A stretch of DNA of 64,000 bases from contig OZ004608.1 in the NCBI GenBank assembly GCA_963924565.1, forward strand, positions 7,440,001 through 7,504,000, written 5' to 3'. The position numbers were made by a program, and so were the translations under genes. Origin of the DNA: Ascidiella aspersa (taxonomy: Eukaryota). Positions 13,497-26,273 of this stretch are shown in pieces. The notes beneath the pieces are model-generated. The model searched no databases, had not been told where the DNA came from, and saw only the letters and a list, made by a program, of their open reading frames with translations. Numbering within the stretch: the first letter of the stretch is position 1; every line of letters starts with the position of its first letter.

Positions 13497-16400
13497 CGGC
13501 AGCTAGATCGTGGATTCAAAGTTAAACGCACATGAACAAACACGAATCAACGTGAAAACGATTTGTCCAAAAACGAAATGTATACTTATCTAAATTTTCG
13601 ATTTCCTGACATGTATAATACTGCTGATTAACGTTATTGGGCATCTTATTATTGTTGATATTTCACAGCATAAGCAGTAAAATGTAGCGATGTTTCTTTA
13701 CTGCAAATAGCGACAATTTTACTACTTAATTAAACATAACGCGTTGGTTTAAAATGCTGATATAATCGTTTGTATTTTTGCAAGAATTTGTATGGTATTG
13801 TAATAACAATCAGTTGAAATGACTTGCAATATACAGTAGGTTTTATCCTGGAAACAAATCGCATAGTTGCCTCTACAAATTATACATACACAGGAGCCAC
13901 AAGACAAATCTATGATTGTACAATGTTTACTGTATAAGTGAAAGTAGATTTATTTTGACATCATATATAAATTGTTTTATCTTGTTTAGTTTTATGTAAA
14001 GTATGTTTAGCAGCGTTAATAATTAATTTACCACGAACAGTATAAAATTCCAGGATGTTTAAAAACCGATTCAGGTCAGAACATTCTTCAAGGTACAACT
14101 TTTCAACAATACATATCAAAAACTACTACAAAAGCGCAAAAACGTTAATTTGAACTTGAAATCAAATTTTAGTTTTGACCATATGATCGTTGGAAAAACA
14201 TTAAAGTTAGCAATTTCACCGCTTTACCAAAATCTTGTTAGAAAAAAATTACGGTTTGCTTTGCACTCATGCTTGTACACAATTCTACCACAGATTTAAA
14301 TTTGAGTATCCGGCCCGCGGCTTATTTCTGCTAAAATGCATATAAGCAAAAATAAGGGCAAGTTTCTAAACATTTGGTTGTACGGTATCTTAAACACTCT
14401 TTCCCGTAAAACTATATTTTTAGCCTGTCTTAAATCCTAAAATGGAAATTATTTTCAAGCTTCGCGCGAATTCCTTCTGTCTTTCTCGTAAGTGGACGCA
14501 ATTTTTTGGCATCTTTAGAGACAAAAACCGTCCTCTGCTTATGGTGAATTCCCTAACGAAAGTTTACAAACTTATCCCAATATTTATATACCTTTTGCGC
14601 TTCGGTCGAATGCATTCCGTCGTTAAATTTTGAACTAAATACCAGCCGTTTTGAAAACTCTGAAACATAGTTATTTACATGTTGCCAACCTAATTTACTT
14701 AATGAACCCGTTTTATACCGTCTTTGCAATATGGCCGTTGTACCGCAAGTGATACATCGGAAACTTAAAGCCTTAAAAGCCCCCCAAAAAAACATTGTAA
14801 GTTTTTGTGAGAAATTTTTACGTATTTTAATCTTAACTTTTAGGTCAAGGCGCCCCACGACTTGATAAATGCCAATATATCAACAAGATATGTAGTCTAC
14901 ATTTTTATCTGTGCTCAATGCGTCACGGTCCCCTTATAAATCTAAATTAAAGTTGGCATTTCAAAACAAATGTAGTCGAAATTGTTTCGCTCTTCGCGTG
15001 TAGTCCTCTTTAAATTAAGCTTAAATAGCATATTTTAGCACAACTACAAACGTAATAACAGGTTCGTTAGCTTATTTGTTTTAAGCCATCAGAGCATGAC
15101 GTCATATTGCATGTAATTGAGATCTTTTTTTTGACCTGGCCTGCCACAGCATTTTAAGTTTTTTGTGCGGCATAAATAATTGCCCACCCCTGCCCAAGAG
15201 CATTCCTTTCAGGCGGACTTTATTGCCTGTACGGATTTGCTAAATCAAACTTTGGATATAACTTTAACGCATACGCGATATATTTACAATAATGTAGATA
15301 CACGTAACCCTAGTAGGCACAATGCCGAAATGTCTAACGTCAGGGACATTGTATAGCTTTCATTATTATTGTGTATTTCGATGTATTTTTGAACGAATGA
15401 AAGTTTGCTATGACTTACAAGTTAACTATGGACTTCAATTGATTTCGTTTACAACTGACTTTGTGACTCATCTTTGAGATAAAACGACTTAACTTTTTAT
15501 TTAGTTTTCATCGAATATTTGTATGGTTAGATGTAGTCATTACTTGAAAGGCACTAAAGGCAGTTTTAGTATTTGCACCAAACCGTTTTGGTGATACTTA
15601 TTAAAAATCGATATTTTGATGTTTAAAAACGTTTCGGCTATACCTCATGCATTTTTACAATGATGATGGCATGGGGTATTGCCGAAACGTTTGTGTACAC
15701 CGAAATGTCGATTTGAACGAATATGAAGTTAACCGACTTTAAAAGTATAACGTTTTATTTGCATGACAGTGACTCTTCGATTTAATTTTCTAATTTTGGC
15801 AAATTATTGACTTGGAGCTACAAAAACAAAACAAATAGTCCCTTGCATATTGAGACAGAGCCGAGGAAAAGTGGAGAGTACTTGTACAACAACCTACTTT
15901 ATGATTGCGAGTTTATTTTAGGGTACACATCAACCCGCTAAATTAGTGTTATAGATATTAAATAATAAGGTAATTTTTATTTGACAAAAATAGTTTTATG
16001 TATAACATTTCGTTGTCAACTTTTGTATGTCGATTCATTAGAAACATTTTGTACACCCACACGGTCCGAATCCTCTACGTGAAATAATAGCCAAACAAGG
16101 ATACGACCCTTTAAATAGAAAATCTGCAATGCTATAATTAAGGTGTTATCAGTGTTCTACTTAACTACCTTCTCGAAAAACTACACCCGCTTGTTTGAGT
16201 TTTGGTCACAAGTTTACAGGCGAATATATAACAATGAGAAGAAGTGAAAGTGATTTAGAACGCAGAGTATGACTGTGGAACAAGGATAGTTTAAATAGCA
16301 ATAAAACATAAGTAAATAATCCATTGGAGAACGTACAGGCTTGGCAAAATTGTAGCAAATTTTCATGTGAGATGTTACAAAAAATAAAACACTAATTTAA

Positions 16401-16539
16401 CTGAAGAAGTCTTTTTCTTAAGGAGTTGTATCTAATTTATGGTAATGTAAGTAAGTACAAGCTTTAAATGTTTGCCTGAGCTTAATTATGCTACTTTGAG
16501 TTTCATGTGATATTTACCACAGTCTCTTAAGTCTTAGAA

Positions 16540-19500
16540 ATGGAAAGTTTGCGTATCTTGATGTTATGTAGTGTGATGGGAAGTGGTTGCACTGTTACCT
16601 GGCATGCATTTGGTGATTACGAGTACTACATTTCACCAAGTAATATTACATTTCAACAAAATTTCAGTGGAGCTCAATCAGCTTGTAACGCAATGAACGC
16701 AAGCCTGGCGAAAGTAAACGCCAACGATATTCAACAGTTTCTGAGCAAAACTATTACCAACACGTCAGGTAAAATAAACTTCCTGTAAATCCTATTATGT
16801 TATTTGCAGTACATAAAACAAAATCTAGTCAATTTTTATAGGCTCTATTCATGCACTTTACATCGGTTTAAAATGGAATGATTCAACAAATGAATACAAC
16901 TGGCTTGATGGAGCCATATTGGAGGTGTCTCATTGGGGACCAGGGCAACCTAGCCACAATGAGACATGTGTTGCAATGGCAAAGTATACCAGTTATTTGT
17001 GGGATGATGTTTCCTGTGAGGATTTGACGTCATACATTTGTTCAAAATACTCTGGTACATGTTTGTACTCGTTTTAGTGGGTTTAAAAAAAAAATAATTA
17101 TGGTAAAATTATAAAAAAACTATAAACAAATATAAATGCAATAGTTGTATTACAGAAGAAACGATTTTACATGATTAGGTATAAGCAATAAAGAAAATGA
17201 ATCTTAAATGATATATTTGTTTTTTTTTGTGTATACTGGTTAAAATTCTAGTCTAAAAAACAGGTTTAACGGGAAAGTATAGTGCCTCCCATTTGACACG
17301 ATGTTGTATCAGTAGGGTTAAAAGTTGTGCTAATTATTATTAACATATCATGTCTAGTTGAATAATCGAGTCTCCATCAACAGAAAGAACCACAACAGAT
17401 ATTGCAACAAGCGAAATGACACCTTCAGCTACACATGCTGAAACAACAGACGAGATCAAAGCCACAACCCTTAGTTCAGGTACATAACCCAACAAGTATA
17501 CCTCTATAATTTAACAAAGTTACAACCTTTATTGCTAAACTCGTCTGAAATAACCGATATGGGTAAGTAAATTATTTTTGTCACTCTGTGACATTCCTGA
17601 CTAACACAAAACACAGCAAACGATCGTTCTTTATTACGTGACTTTTCGTTTTGGTTGTTAAGATGTTCTTTTAGTCTTACATTTCGTACGTGTATACTCT
17701 CAGAACGAATGATACATTATTTCATTGACATTTTTTTAATGTAAGGTGGTATAGACGGCATATGATATATTTTTATATTTCCGAAAAAAATTATATCATT
17801 TGCTAATACATGGTATAGAAGTCAAGTGTTTTGTCATCCAGCATAACAATGCTAAATATGTATTAACAGTACATTTAATGCAGGCAAAACAACAGCAACA
17901 ACAATTCTGGCAACACAATTAACATCAACAATTTCAAGTCCAGGTACACAGCTCGGGATTTCGTGTTTTAATGTAAAGTACAAAAACAAAGAAAAAGTTT
18001 GTTAGAAATAACTTTCTAGACTGCTTAGCGATTGTGTGCCGTTTAGACATTTCCAAAAATAATTTACCCAATTGACAAGTAAGAAACCTATAATGCGTCA
18101 AATTAATTTATAACATTAGCTTAAAATGCACAACGAAATTATTGTTGCAACCTGTTCTAATCAAACGAAAAACGTTCTTGTAGTTAAAGTAGGGTGCTGT
18201 ACATGTGCTAATGATGATCTAAGTGTTACAACAATAACTCTGACCCATGAAAAAACTTTTACTGTACGTAGAATGATGTCCATGTGCTAATGATGACCTA
18301 AGTCTTACAACAATAATTCTGACCCATGAAAAAACTTTTACTGTACGTAGAATGCTGACCATGTGCTAATGATGACCTAAGTCTTACAACGATAATTCTG
18401 ACCCACGAAAAAACTTTTACTGTACGTAGAATGCTGTTTATGTGCAAATGATGGCCTAAGTCTTACAACAATAATTCTGACTGCTGTTATTTCCGGAGTC
18501 GTATTAATTTGCATCGTGGAATCGCTCGTCATTTGGAAAATGTAAGTGGTTCCGAAATCGCCATAAATTGTTAAAAGTTGGTTGATTTATAACGTTAATC
18601 ATTCCAGGACACGCAACGGAAACGTCAATACACTGGCACCTCTGAAAGTGGACTACACAGGTATGGATTTTTTTTTAATTTTATTGAATATATCCAATAG
18701 GGTTGTAGTATTTTAAAATAGCGTCAAATGCTGTTAATTGTTTCTTAGTTACACATATTGTAGTAATTTTACCACTGAAATTGTATTGTTGTACTAAAAT
18801 CTTTCGGTGATGTAGCTTTGTATTTGTAAGCATGCTCGTGTTTGCGGCCATTACACTTAAAATATGGCCAGCAAAATCACGAACAAGTTAATTTGTGTTC
18901 ACCAAAGATTCATAGGGCACAGTCGCCTATGAAAATGCATAGTGAATGAAAAAAATATGAGTCGTTATAGATGACGCGTTATTTTCTTTAGCTATTAACA
19001 AATGACCAAAATATATTGCTCCACACAAAAATAGAAAATATTGTTTCTGTCTTGGTCGGAACAAAATGTATTCCCTATTAAGACGAAACTGAAAACTTAT
19101 TGGCGATGAAAAGTTCATTTATAAATTCGATTGACATGCTTTTAACCAACGTTTCAGGCAACCTATTTAAGTCTCCTTGAGCAAAATGCTTAACAATTAC
19201 AAGAAGAGCTGTTTTTAATTAATATTATGTATAAGAGTGTTGACTTTTTTTGATAAGAATTTATTTAGTAGATTGTAACCGCGAATATTTTAAGTTAAGC
19301 TAACTGCCGCGATTTTTGACAAACGTGTTTTTTCAGTGATTCCACAAATGTGTTTTGCTATTATTGGGTTTTATCTTACCTAGAACTATTAACACTGATC
19401 TATATTAGGTGTAAAAAGAGTTCGATAGGTTTGACGTACTGTTGTACTGAGTATTTTTTAACCGTTGGCAATACGTTATGAAGTTTGCCTTCTTCTTAAT

Positions 19501-19712
19501 GACAGTGCTATAGGCTATAGAGTTGATTTTGATTTATTGCAGAACGCCAGGTGAACCTTGAAAATGAACCAAAGCAAAACACTAATGTGAAAAAACCAAA
19601 CAAGCCTCTACGGTTTGACGAAGACGAGTCAGGTTACCTTAAACCTAATTCGCACTTCCCCCTTCAACATCTGGAAGATGACCAAGGCTACATCGAGTTT
19701 TCCCCTTCTTAG
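16540..19712 (+). CDS. G3: recent duplicate of G2, short-tail-class CTLD receptor, about 310 aa
   Basis: Exons 16540-16768, 16842-17054, 17384-17479, 17884-17943, 18430-18541, 18608-18660, 19543-19712. TM exon ECCLCANDGLSLTTIILTAVISGVVLICIVESLVIWKM; tail DEDESGYLKP...EDDQGYIEFSPS*. Confidence 0.88.
18185..18482 (+). repeat. 79-bp tandem repeat (4 acceptor-bearing copies) spanning the G3 TM-exon acceptor
   Basis: AG acceptors end at 18192, 18271, 18350 and 18429, an exact 79-bp period. Confidence 0.92.
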
Positions 19713-21524
19713 AGGCAGCGGGATCATTGAATGAAAGTTAAACGCAGGAAAACACGAACACAACGTGAAAAAGATTTGTCCCAATTCCAAACATGTATAT
19801 TTATCTAATCGATTTTCAATTTCGTGACGTGTACTGATGGTTAGCGTTAAGAGGCATCTATTTTTTGTTGATATTTCATAACGTAAGTATAGTAAAATAT
19901 AGCGAGTTATCTCTAATTCAAATTGCAACATATTTCAATCCTCATTTAAACATAACGCGTCGTTTTTCAATACTTAAATAATCTGTTTTGTTTTCTAAAC
20001 TTTAGCGAAGTTGTATGGTATAATAATAAAAATCAGTTTAAATGACTTCACAATTGTTACTGAAACATAAATTTGACTATGTTCAAACTTTGCATTTTTA
20101 TAATTGTCTTTCCACAAATGCACCCACAAGAGCCTCGTACAAATATATGATTGTAACATGTTCATTATTTAAGTAAAAGTAGTTTTTTTGGCACCACATA
20201 TAAATTATTCATCTTGCTGTTTTTCGTTGAACGTATTGTGTAGTTCACCAGCGTTAATATACTAATCTATTAGCTTATGACTGTAAATACGCAAATGAGA
20301 TTTTCAATTCGCCCTACTCGTATAATCTCAAAACGCTGATTGTATAACATTCGCGCTTGTTGCTTTTAGAATTGCAAAATATGGAAAATATAATGTTTGA
20401 ATCGTTAAATGTTTGACGAAAGAGTACCGCGGTATCTGGGAAACATTGAACTGAAGTACTAGGTTTAGTGTAGAACACATACCACCGTATTTTACCAAGC
20501 AATATGAAGTCAATGACCGAGGTCGTTATAGTCTGAATTTAACGTATAAGGTATAAAGCTGGCCTTAATTGCGTAATTGTTTTGGTTTGTCGCTTAATGG
20601 CTTCCGACGTGTCGTTGAAAAGTATATTTAGTTTAAGCTTGTTCTCAGCAAACAGTATATCAGCTCCGGCTTTTTTTACTTAGCCATAAGTGAGGCATTA
20701 GTTACTTATTAGAGACCAAGGTAGACTGATATTAGTTTATTAAAATATTTTGAAAGTTTTAATAAAAACTAATTCAAAGGGTTGATTGTTTTAAAAATTT
20801 TGAATGCCGTAATCAAAAGCGAACATGAAAAAAAAATTCTAATGTTTATGTGAGATATAAGAACTTTTGTAAATGTTCTACTTATTTTGTACAACATATA
20901 TACTGCAGCCAGAGAATTAATGCCTATACCTTCAGTTTATTCCTTGTCAAATATGTTTAACGCTGTAAGTCTTACGACCGACTCTCCCAGCACGTTGACG
21001 TTGCGTGGCTCGATAACACACATTAGGTAAATATTATCGACCTCAGCCAAGAAGTTAAAGTTGTTTACCATGTCGTTCAGGAACTTTCAGTAGAACCCCG
21101 GAAATCGCAGAACACCAGAAGTCGACAGGGCGATCTAATGTCAGGTCAGCTCTCTATAGTGTGAATATTTAAAGACAGATATTTGAATTTTTAGGCTTAA
21201 ACTTGTACTGAAACATACATATTCTGTTATCAAAACCCCTTGGAGTGTACTGGACAACGATAATGGCACCCATATATAGCACACAAGATGCCCACGGCTT
21301 ACAGAAATCAATTTGTAGAAAACCAAATATAAGGCTATAGGGCGAGGTTGGAACTCACGTCCAACTTCCGGTCATACCGCGACCGTTCTATATTATTTTG
21401 TTTCAATTTCTCTCCAAAAATATCTTATGGACGGCTCTATATGCAGCGATATTTAGAGCAGCTCAATATATTCGTTATGAATTTTTTCTCTTTTATTGTG
21501 TATGCAGATAGTCAGGTCATCGAA

Positions 21525-22036
21525 ATGAACTATTTACTGTTAATGACGCTTTGCTGCTTGGTGGGAAACTGTTACTCAGCAACCTGGTATACTTTGGGTG
21601 ACTATGAATATCACATTTCACCGAGAAATATCAACTACCAAGAAAATTTTGACGGAGCTCTTTCTGCTTGCAACGCGATGAATGCAACCCTGGCCAAAGT
21701 TAACACCAATGAGATTCAACAGTTTTTAACTGAAAAAATAAACAGCTTACCATGTAAGTTTACCTCTAATCAGAAGACATTTAGAAGTATGCAACTAAAA
21801 AGTATTACTCTCTTTCAGTTGATCCAAGTTTTTCAGTGATGTTTTACATCGGTCTTCACAGGAGTACTGACGAATATAACTGGTTGGATGGGACGATGTT
21901 GGATGTGGCTCAGTGGGGAACTGGGCAACCAAGTAGTGATTACGAATGTGTTGTGATGGAAAGAAATCTCCGGTATTTGTGGGAAGATATACAATGCGAC
22001 ACTTGGACCTCTTATATATGTTCCAGACATGTTTAA
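21525..22036 (+). CDS. G4: secreted single-domain C-type lectin (signal peptide + CTLD only), about 148 aa
   Basis: Exons 21525-21753 and 21819-22036. The CTLD is complete (FYIGL, QPS, WED, 4 Cys) and ends YICSRHV* at TAA 22034-22036, where paralogs have a splice donor. Confidence 0.8.
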
Positions 22037-23845
22037 TGTTGTTGATTAACGTTTATAAGCATTTTATTACTGTCAATACTCACAAAATAACTATAGCTGA
22101 ATTGAGCGAGCTCAAATCTCTTCAGTGCAAAATTTAACGTAGTAGGTAATTCCTTAAATTTGTATCTTAGATTTTAAATGTGTCAGAACAACGCATTTTT
22201 TCGTTAATTTGGAATAATTTCTTTTGTAATTACTATTATAGTTCGCAATGTCCATGCTATTTAATTCCCTTTACATTTGTGCTCTGTCCAATGCGACAAG
22301 ATATCGTAAAAGGCTTAACCATCATTGCTTGTATTTTGCCAACGCATATAAATCATTTATTCTTGTTGCTATTTTCGTTGCATGTATATAGTTTTGCTGG
22401 GTAGAGTTAGTTTCTGAATTCACACGGCAGTCCAAATCGTTTACAAAGAAAATATAACAAAATGGTTTTACTGTAACAACCGGTTTAGTTTTAAATGTTC
22501 TTTAAGCTAGAAACGGTTAACTATAAAGAGTAAAAACTCGGTAATTGTCGTTAACATATGTTCGTTCCTTAAAATAGTAGTTTCAAAATGTAAGTTTAAC
22601 CAAACGTACTTGCCGATAACTTTTAAGCTTGTTTGTAATTTTGGTAATTTTTGTCGTTATGCATTTTCAAAAAACAAATTTTTGCGCACCATATGAATGC
22701 ATGCTATACGTCGGTCCGTACATGAACAAAAGTGGAAAGCACAGCGAAAGAGCAAAAACTTACAGTAATATTTCGATAAGGAAACTGTCATTCCGAGGTC
22801 ATAAGGTCTCAACTGTACCAGCATTAGTCTCCAACCACGACAATTGTGGTACGTCTCCGTGTTACGTGCTTAATTAGCACTACAAAATTTTCACCGGTTG
22901 CTAATTACACCGACTGTAAATTCTAACTAACATTTATCATTAATTTAGCGCCTTTGTTCTTAAATTTAGGACTAGGAATTAGGTTTTAGCATTTCGGGAC
23001 ATGTATATTTTTTTGTGCGCTCTGGTGTTCGCCGTTAATTGGACTCTACACATGCTTTTCCTGTCTCTAAACAACGCTGCAAATGTCACGATCATTTATC
23101 GCTTGTTTTCCGTCGCGGTTTAACTTCTCACGAAAAGGTCCGCCCAATGTTATCTTTCCACGAAACGGTCGCCCTGTAAGGCGGGCCTCGGGTTTCCGGG
23201 AGCTCGTCGGTTCCCAATGAAAAAACGGCGCCTCCCGAAAATATAGATATAGGTTAATATTTACAGGTTATGTTAAATGCAACATACAGTTCTCTTTTGT
23301 TTTTATCCTTTACTGCCTGTCATTAAAAGCAGGATGAATCAAATAGGTGTGTAAGGTTAGCGTGAAGCGGTGGATGCTTAATTGCGAGATGCGTAGATCG
23401 AATAAGGGGGTCAGCGCAACACAACACTCAATTATGTAGCACAACACAAAAAAGGCAAATTGTACGCTTCGCTAAGCGCGCGCCGACGCGGAACCATTTA
23501 CGCCACAAGCGGCTCTTTACTAGTGGTCCTAAATAGCAATTGTACTACGTGGATAAATACAAAATAAGCTTTGTAAAAGCTCCACGTTTTTACCATAAAA
23601 AACTGGAAACACACCGCTTAAACCTAAATTTATTGCTAGACAAATATGTTAAGGCCTACAGTTTTACGACCCGACACTCCCGGACAATAACTGGCTTCCC
23701 AGGCATACAATGGGTAAATATTGTTCAAAGTTCTAGCCAGGGAACTACAAGTAGTTCAGAAAGTAGTAAAACTGCTTTAAACTTAATGAGCAAATGAGAG
23801 GAAAACAATAACACCAAAAGACGTCCTGTGGAGATATTATTCCAG

Positions 23846-24026
23846 GTTGTGTCTGTAATGCGAATACTCAGGCTACAACTACAGATACAACTCGCCCGGA
23901 TTTACAACAAAAGCAACATCAATAACACATTTATCAACAACTTGTCCAACGACTGGATCTCAACACAAATAGCAATAATTACACTTTCACCTGTAATGAC
24001 TACAGAATCACAAACAACCAGTTCAG
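23846..24026 (+). pseudogene. Frameshifted relic mucin-stalk exon downstream of G4
   Basis: tccag acceptor and tcag|gtaaaa donor bound Thr/Ser-rich text spread over three frames (TQATTTDTT / FTTKATSITHLSTTCPTT / SPVMTTESQTTSS), with stops. Confidence 0.6.
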
Positions 24027-24273
24027 GTAAAATCAGTCTTGTTCCCTCAGTTCAAGGGTTATTGTACTGAGATCTGTAGATCCCCAGGGACACTTTAAGT
24101 AGTTTTAAGACGTAAGAAACCTAATAGAAATCTTAGTTATCATAACAAAAATAAAAATGTAATGTTTAATATTAAGACAATAGGGGAAATGGACAAATGC
24201 TTTTGTGCATTCTATATTTAAACAACAAGTCTCTTACTTTGGAGCATAATAGTTGGAGGTTGTAATAAGATGT

Positions 24274-24433
24274 AATAAGAATATCAAAGCCCATACAGAA
24301 GTAATTATCATCATTAACGTTTCTAATAACTCTTTATTCAATGAATAAAAAAAAAAACTTATTCAATGAATAAAGAGTTATTCGAAACGTTCAAGATAAT
24401 ACCTACTTCTGTATGGGCTTTGATATTCCTATT
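24274..24433. repeat. Near-perfect palindrome of about 160 bp
   Basis: Arms aatatcaaagcccatacagaagta...aacgtttctaataactctttattca / tgaataaagagttattcgaaacgtt...tacttctgtatgggctttgatatt around an A-run. Confidence 0.85.
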
Positions 24434-26273
24434 AAGTCTCTTACTGTTATTGGTTTATGACGGCAGCAATATATATTAATTTTATTTTGTCATCCGCTTT
24501 TCTTGAAAATAGAGGACAAATCCTCCTAGAAGAAAAATATGGTAGGCCTAATTTATGAGTACTTATCCAACCAGTCGTAATATGTATTGCCTTTTATACC
24601 GACTGATTTTCTTTGCGAAGTCCTATTCATCAGGATTACAACTCCTTAAATGGTTTTAAAGAAATTGCAAAGCCAATTTTTAAGGACGCGAACTCTAGTG
24701 GCAATATTGTAGTTTAAAAGCATTTTTAATTTTCTAGTAAAATCCTTGAAAGTATAGTTGGAGCTTTGTTGACTATAGCATATAGTGCATATTTCGTGTT
24801 ATCTAACGTTCAGTAACGATATTAAACAATCCACTAATCTGCGATGTTGAACAATTCTCAAAAAGTACCAAAACGAAAAAAATACCTATTCCAAGTTTTG
24901 TGTTCTTTGTTTTGGAAAGGAAGAAGATGTTATTTTTTTAGTGAGCAATGTTTTCTTAATTAGAGTTTTCATTTTCTTAGTATGATTTAAATAATAAATT
25001 GTATAACTATGGTTTTCTTAATCTGTAGATGTTGTATTTTTCGATTTTGTAACAGTTCGATTTATTCAAGAAAACCTAAATATATATATGTCACATAGGA
25101 TTTATTTTAGATATAGATTTACTTAACGTTCATCGCAAGCAATTTGAGAATTTCAAATGACTAAATTAAAAAAAAGTAGGACAGTGTACTAATATAAGAA
25201 ACCAGCAATGAACTGTAACATAGTCTTGTGAAAACGTCAAAATACCATTTAGTCAAAACGAAAGTCAACCTTTCGAGAAACAACAAACAAGAGATAAAAT
25301 TTATTGTACAACAAACACACATTCAGCCAACGCCCCACATCAATGATTAAGAAATGTTCACCGAAAATAGAAACAAATTGAAGAAATATGTAACACAAGG
25401 GGAAAATAAAAAGGGAAACTTGAAATGTATTTTCTAAATACGACAGACCTTTCTATTTAATATTTAGTGGGTTTGCAAAAAGCACCGTCTTTATGGAATA
25501 TTAATTGCCGTGTTGGTATTTGTAACGAACCCAGTATTAGGTATTACAAAAATGACAGCAAGCGAAAGTGAATTAGCAGGATATTGATTTTACTCACAAA
25601 AATAAAACATTAAATCAAGGTTATGATTTTTTTTAATACTTTTCAGCTTACGATAGCTGTAGATGCAAACAGCTAGGCTGCTCATATTTAATCTGTTGAA
25701 AATAATTTTCGTGTACCAGCTTTCTTAAACGAAGTTTTGACCATACAAATTACGATTTGTCAGTCTACAGTACACCGTCAAGAAAATGAATACCGTAAGA
25801 ATTTTGCGATATGCGCGGTAAGACGTGAACTATAGGCAGTAAAAGATTTTGGTTAACATTTATACAGCAAGAAAAGTATGCTATTATTCATTCAAAGCTA
25901 CCTTTTCAATTCTTCGAAATAGTTGTTGGTTTATATGCCCACATCAAAGACAGTTTGTTGCTGTTTGTAATGTTATGGACATTTCTTTCGTTTTCTTACA
26001 CGTGGCTAATATGTCAAATTTTCTTGGCTGGTTAAGGATAAGCGCAAAAAAGTTGTCTACGCAACCAATTTTATTCTAGGTAAACCGTCAGAACTACTAA
26101 ATTGTGTTAAATGGGCTGTGTTGAAAATGGTGTAAACGTGATTTCGATTCAACGCGTAAAATTAATAACAATTTAAAAAAAGATGTAATGTATGTGCAAA
26201 CTGCCAAAAAGATTTTCATGGTCAGATTTGTTTTGAATTTGATTGTGTACATCGTTTCTCTCTAGGTATAAAC

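Larger units (their letters stand above)
9505..20260 (+). repeat. Tandem segmental duplication: about 9505-14035 versus about 15215-20260, each carrying one full gene (G2, G3)
   Basis: Upstream region, exons, introns and 3' UTR are collinear and closely similar. Both copies begin near gactttattgcct and end near cagcgttaata. Confidence 0.9.

Noticed and set aside
8445-15192. Partial hAT-like ends (about 8925-8957 and 15135-15192; also 39625-39685 and 54685-54745)
   Set aside because: Only one terminus is recognisable in each case, so boundaries and TSDs could not be fixed.
18185-18482. Regularly spaced repeats resembling a CRISPR array
   Set aside because: Whole 79-bp units repeat with no unique spacers, the context is a eukaryotic intron/exon boundary, and there are no cas genes.
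23345-23525. GC-richer segment with a vaguely tRNA/SINE-like head, ending in CTAGT
   Set aside because: No convincing cloverleaf, A/B boxes or second copy in the window, so it cannot be classified.
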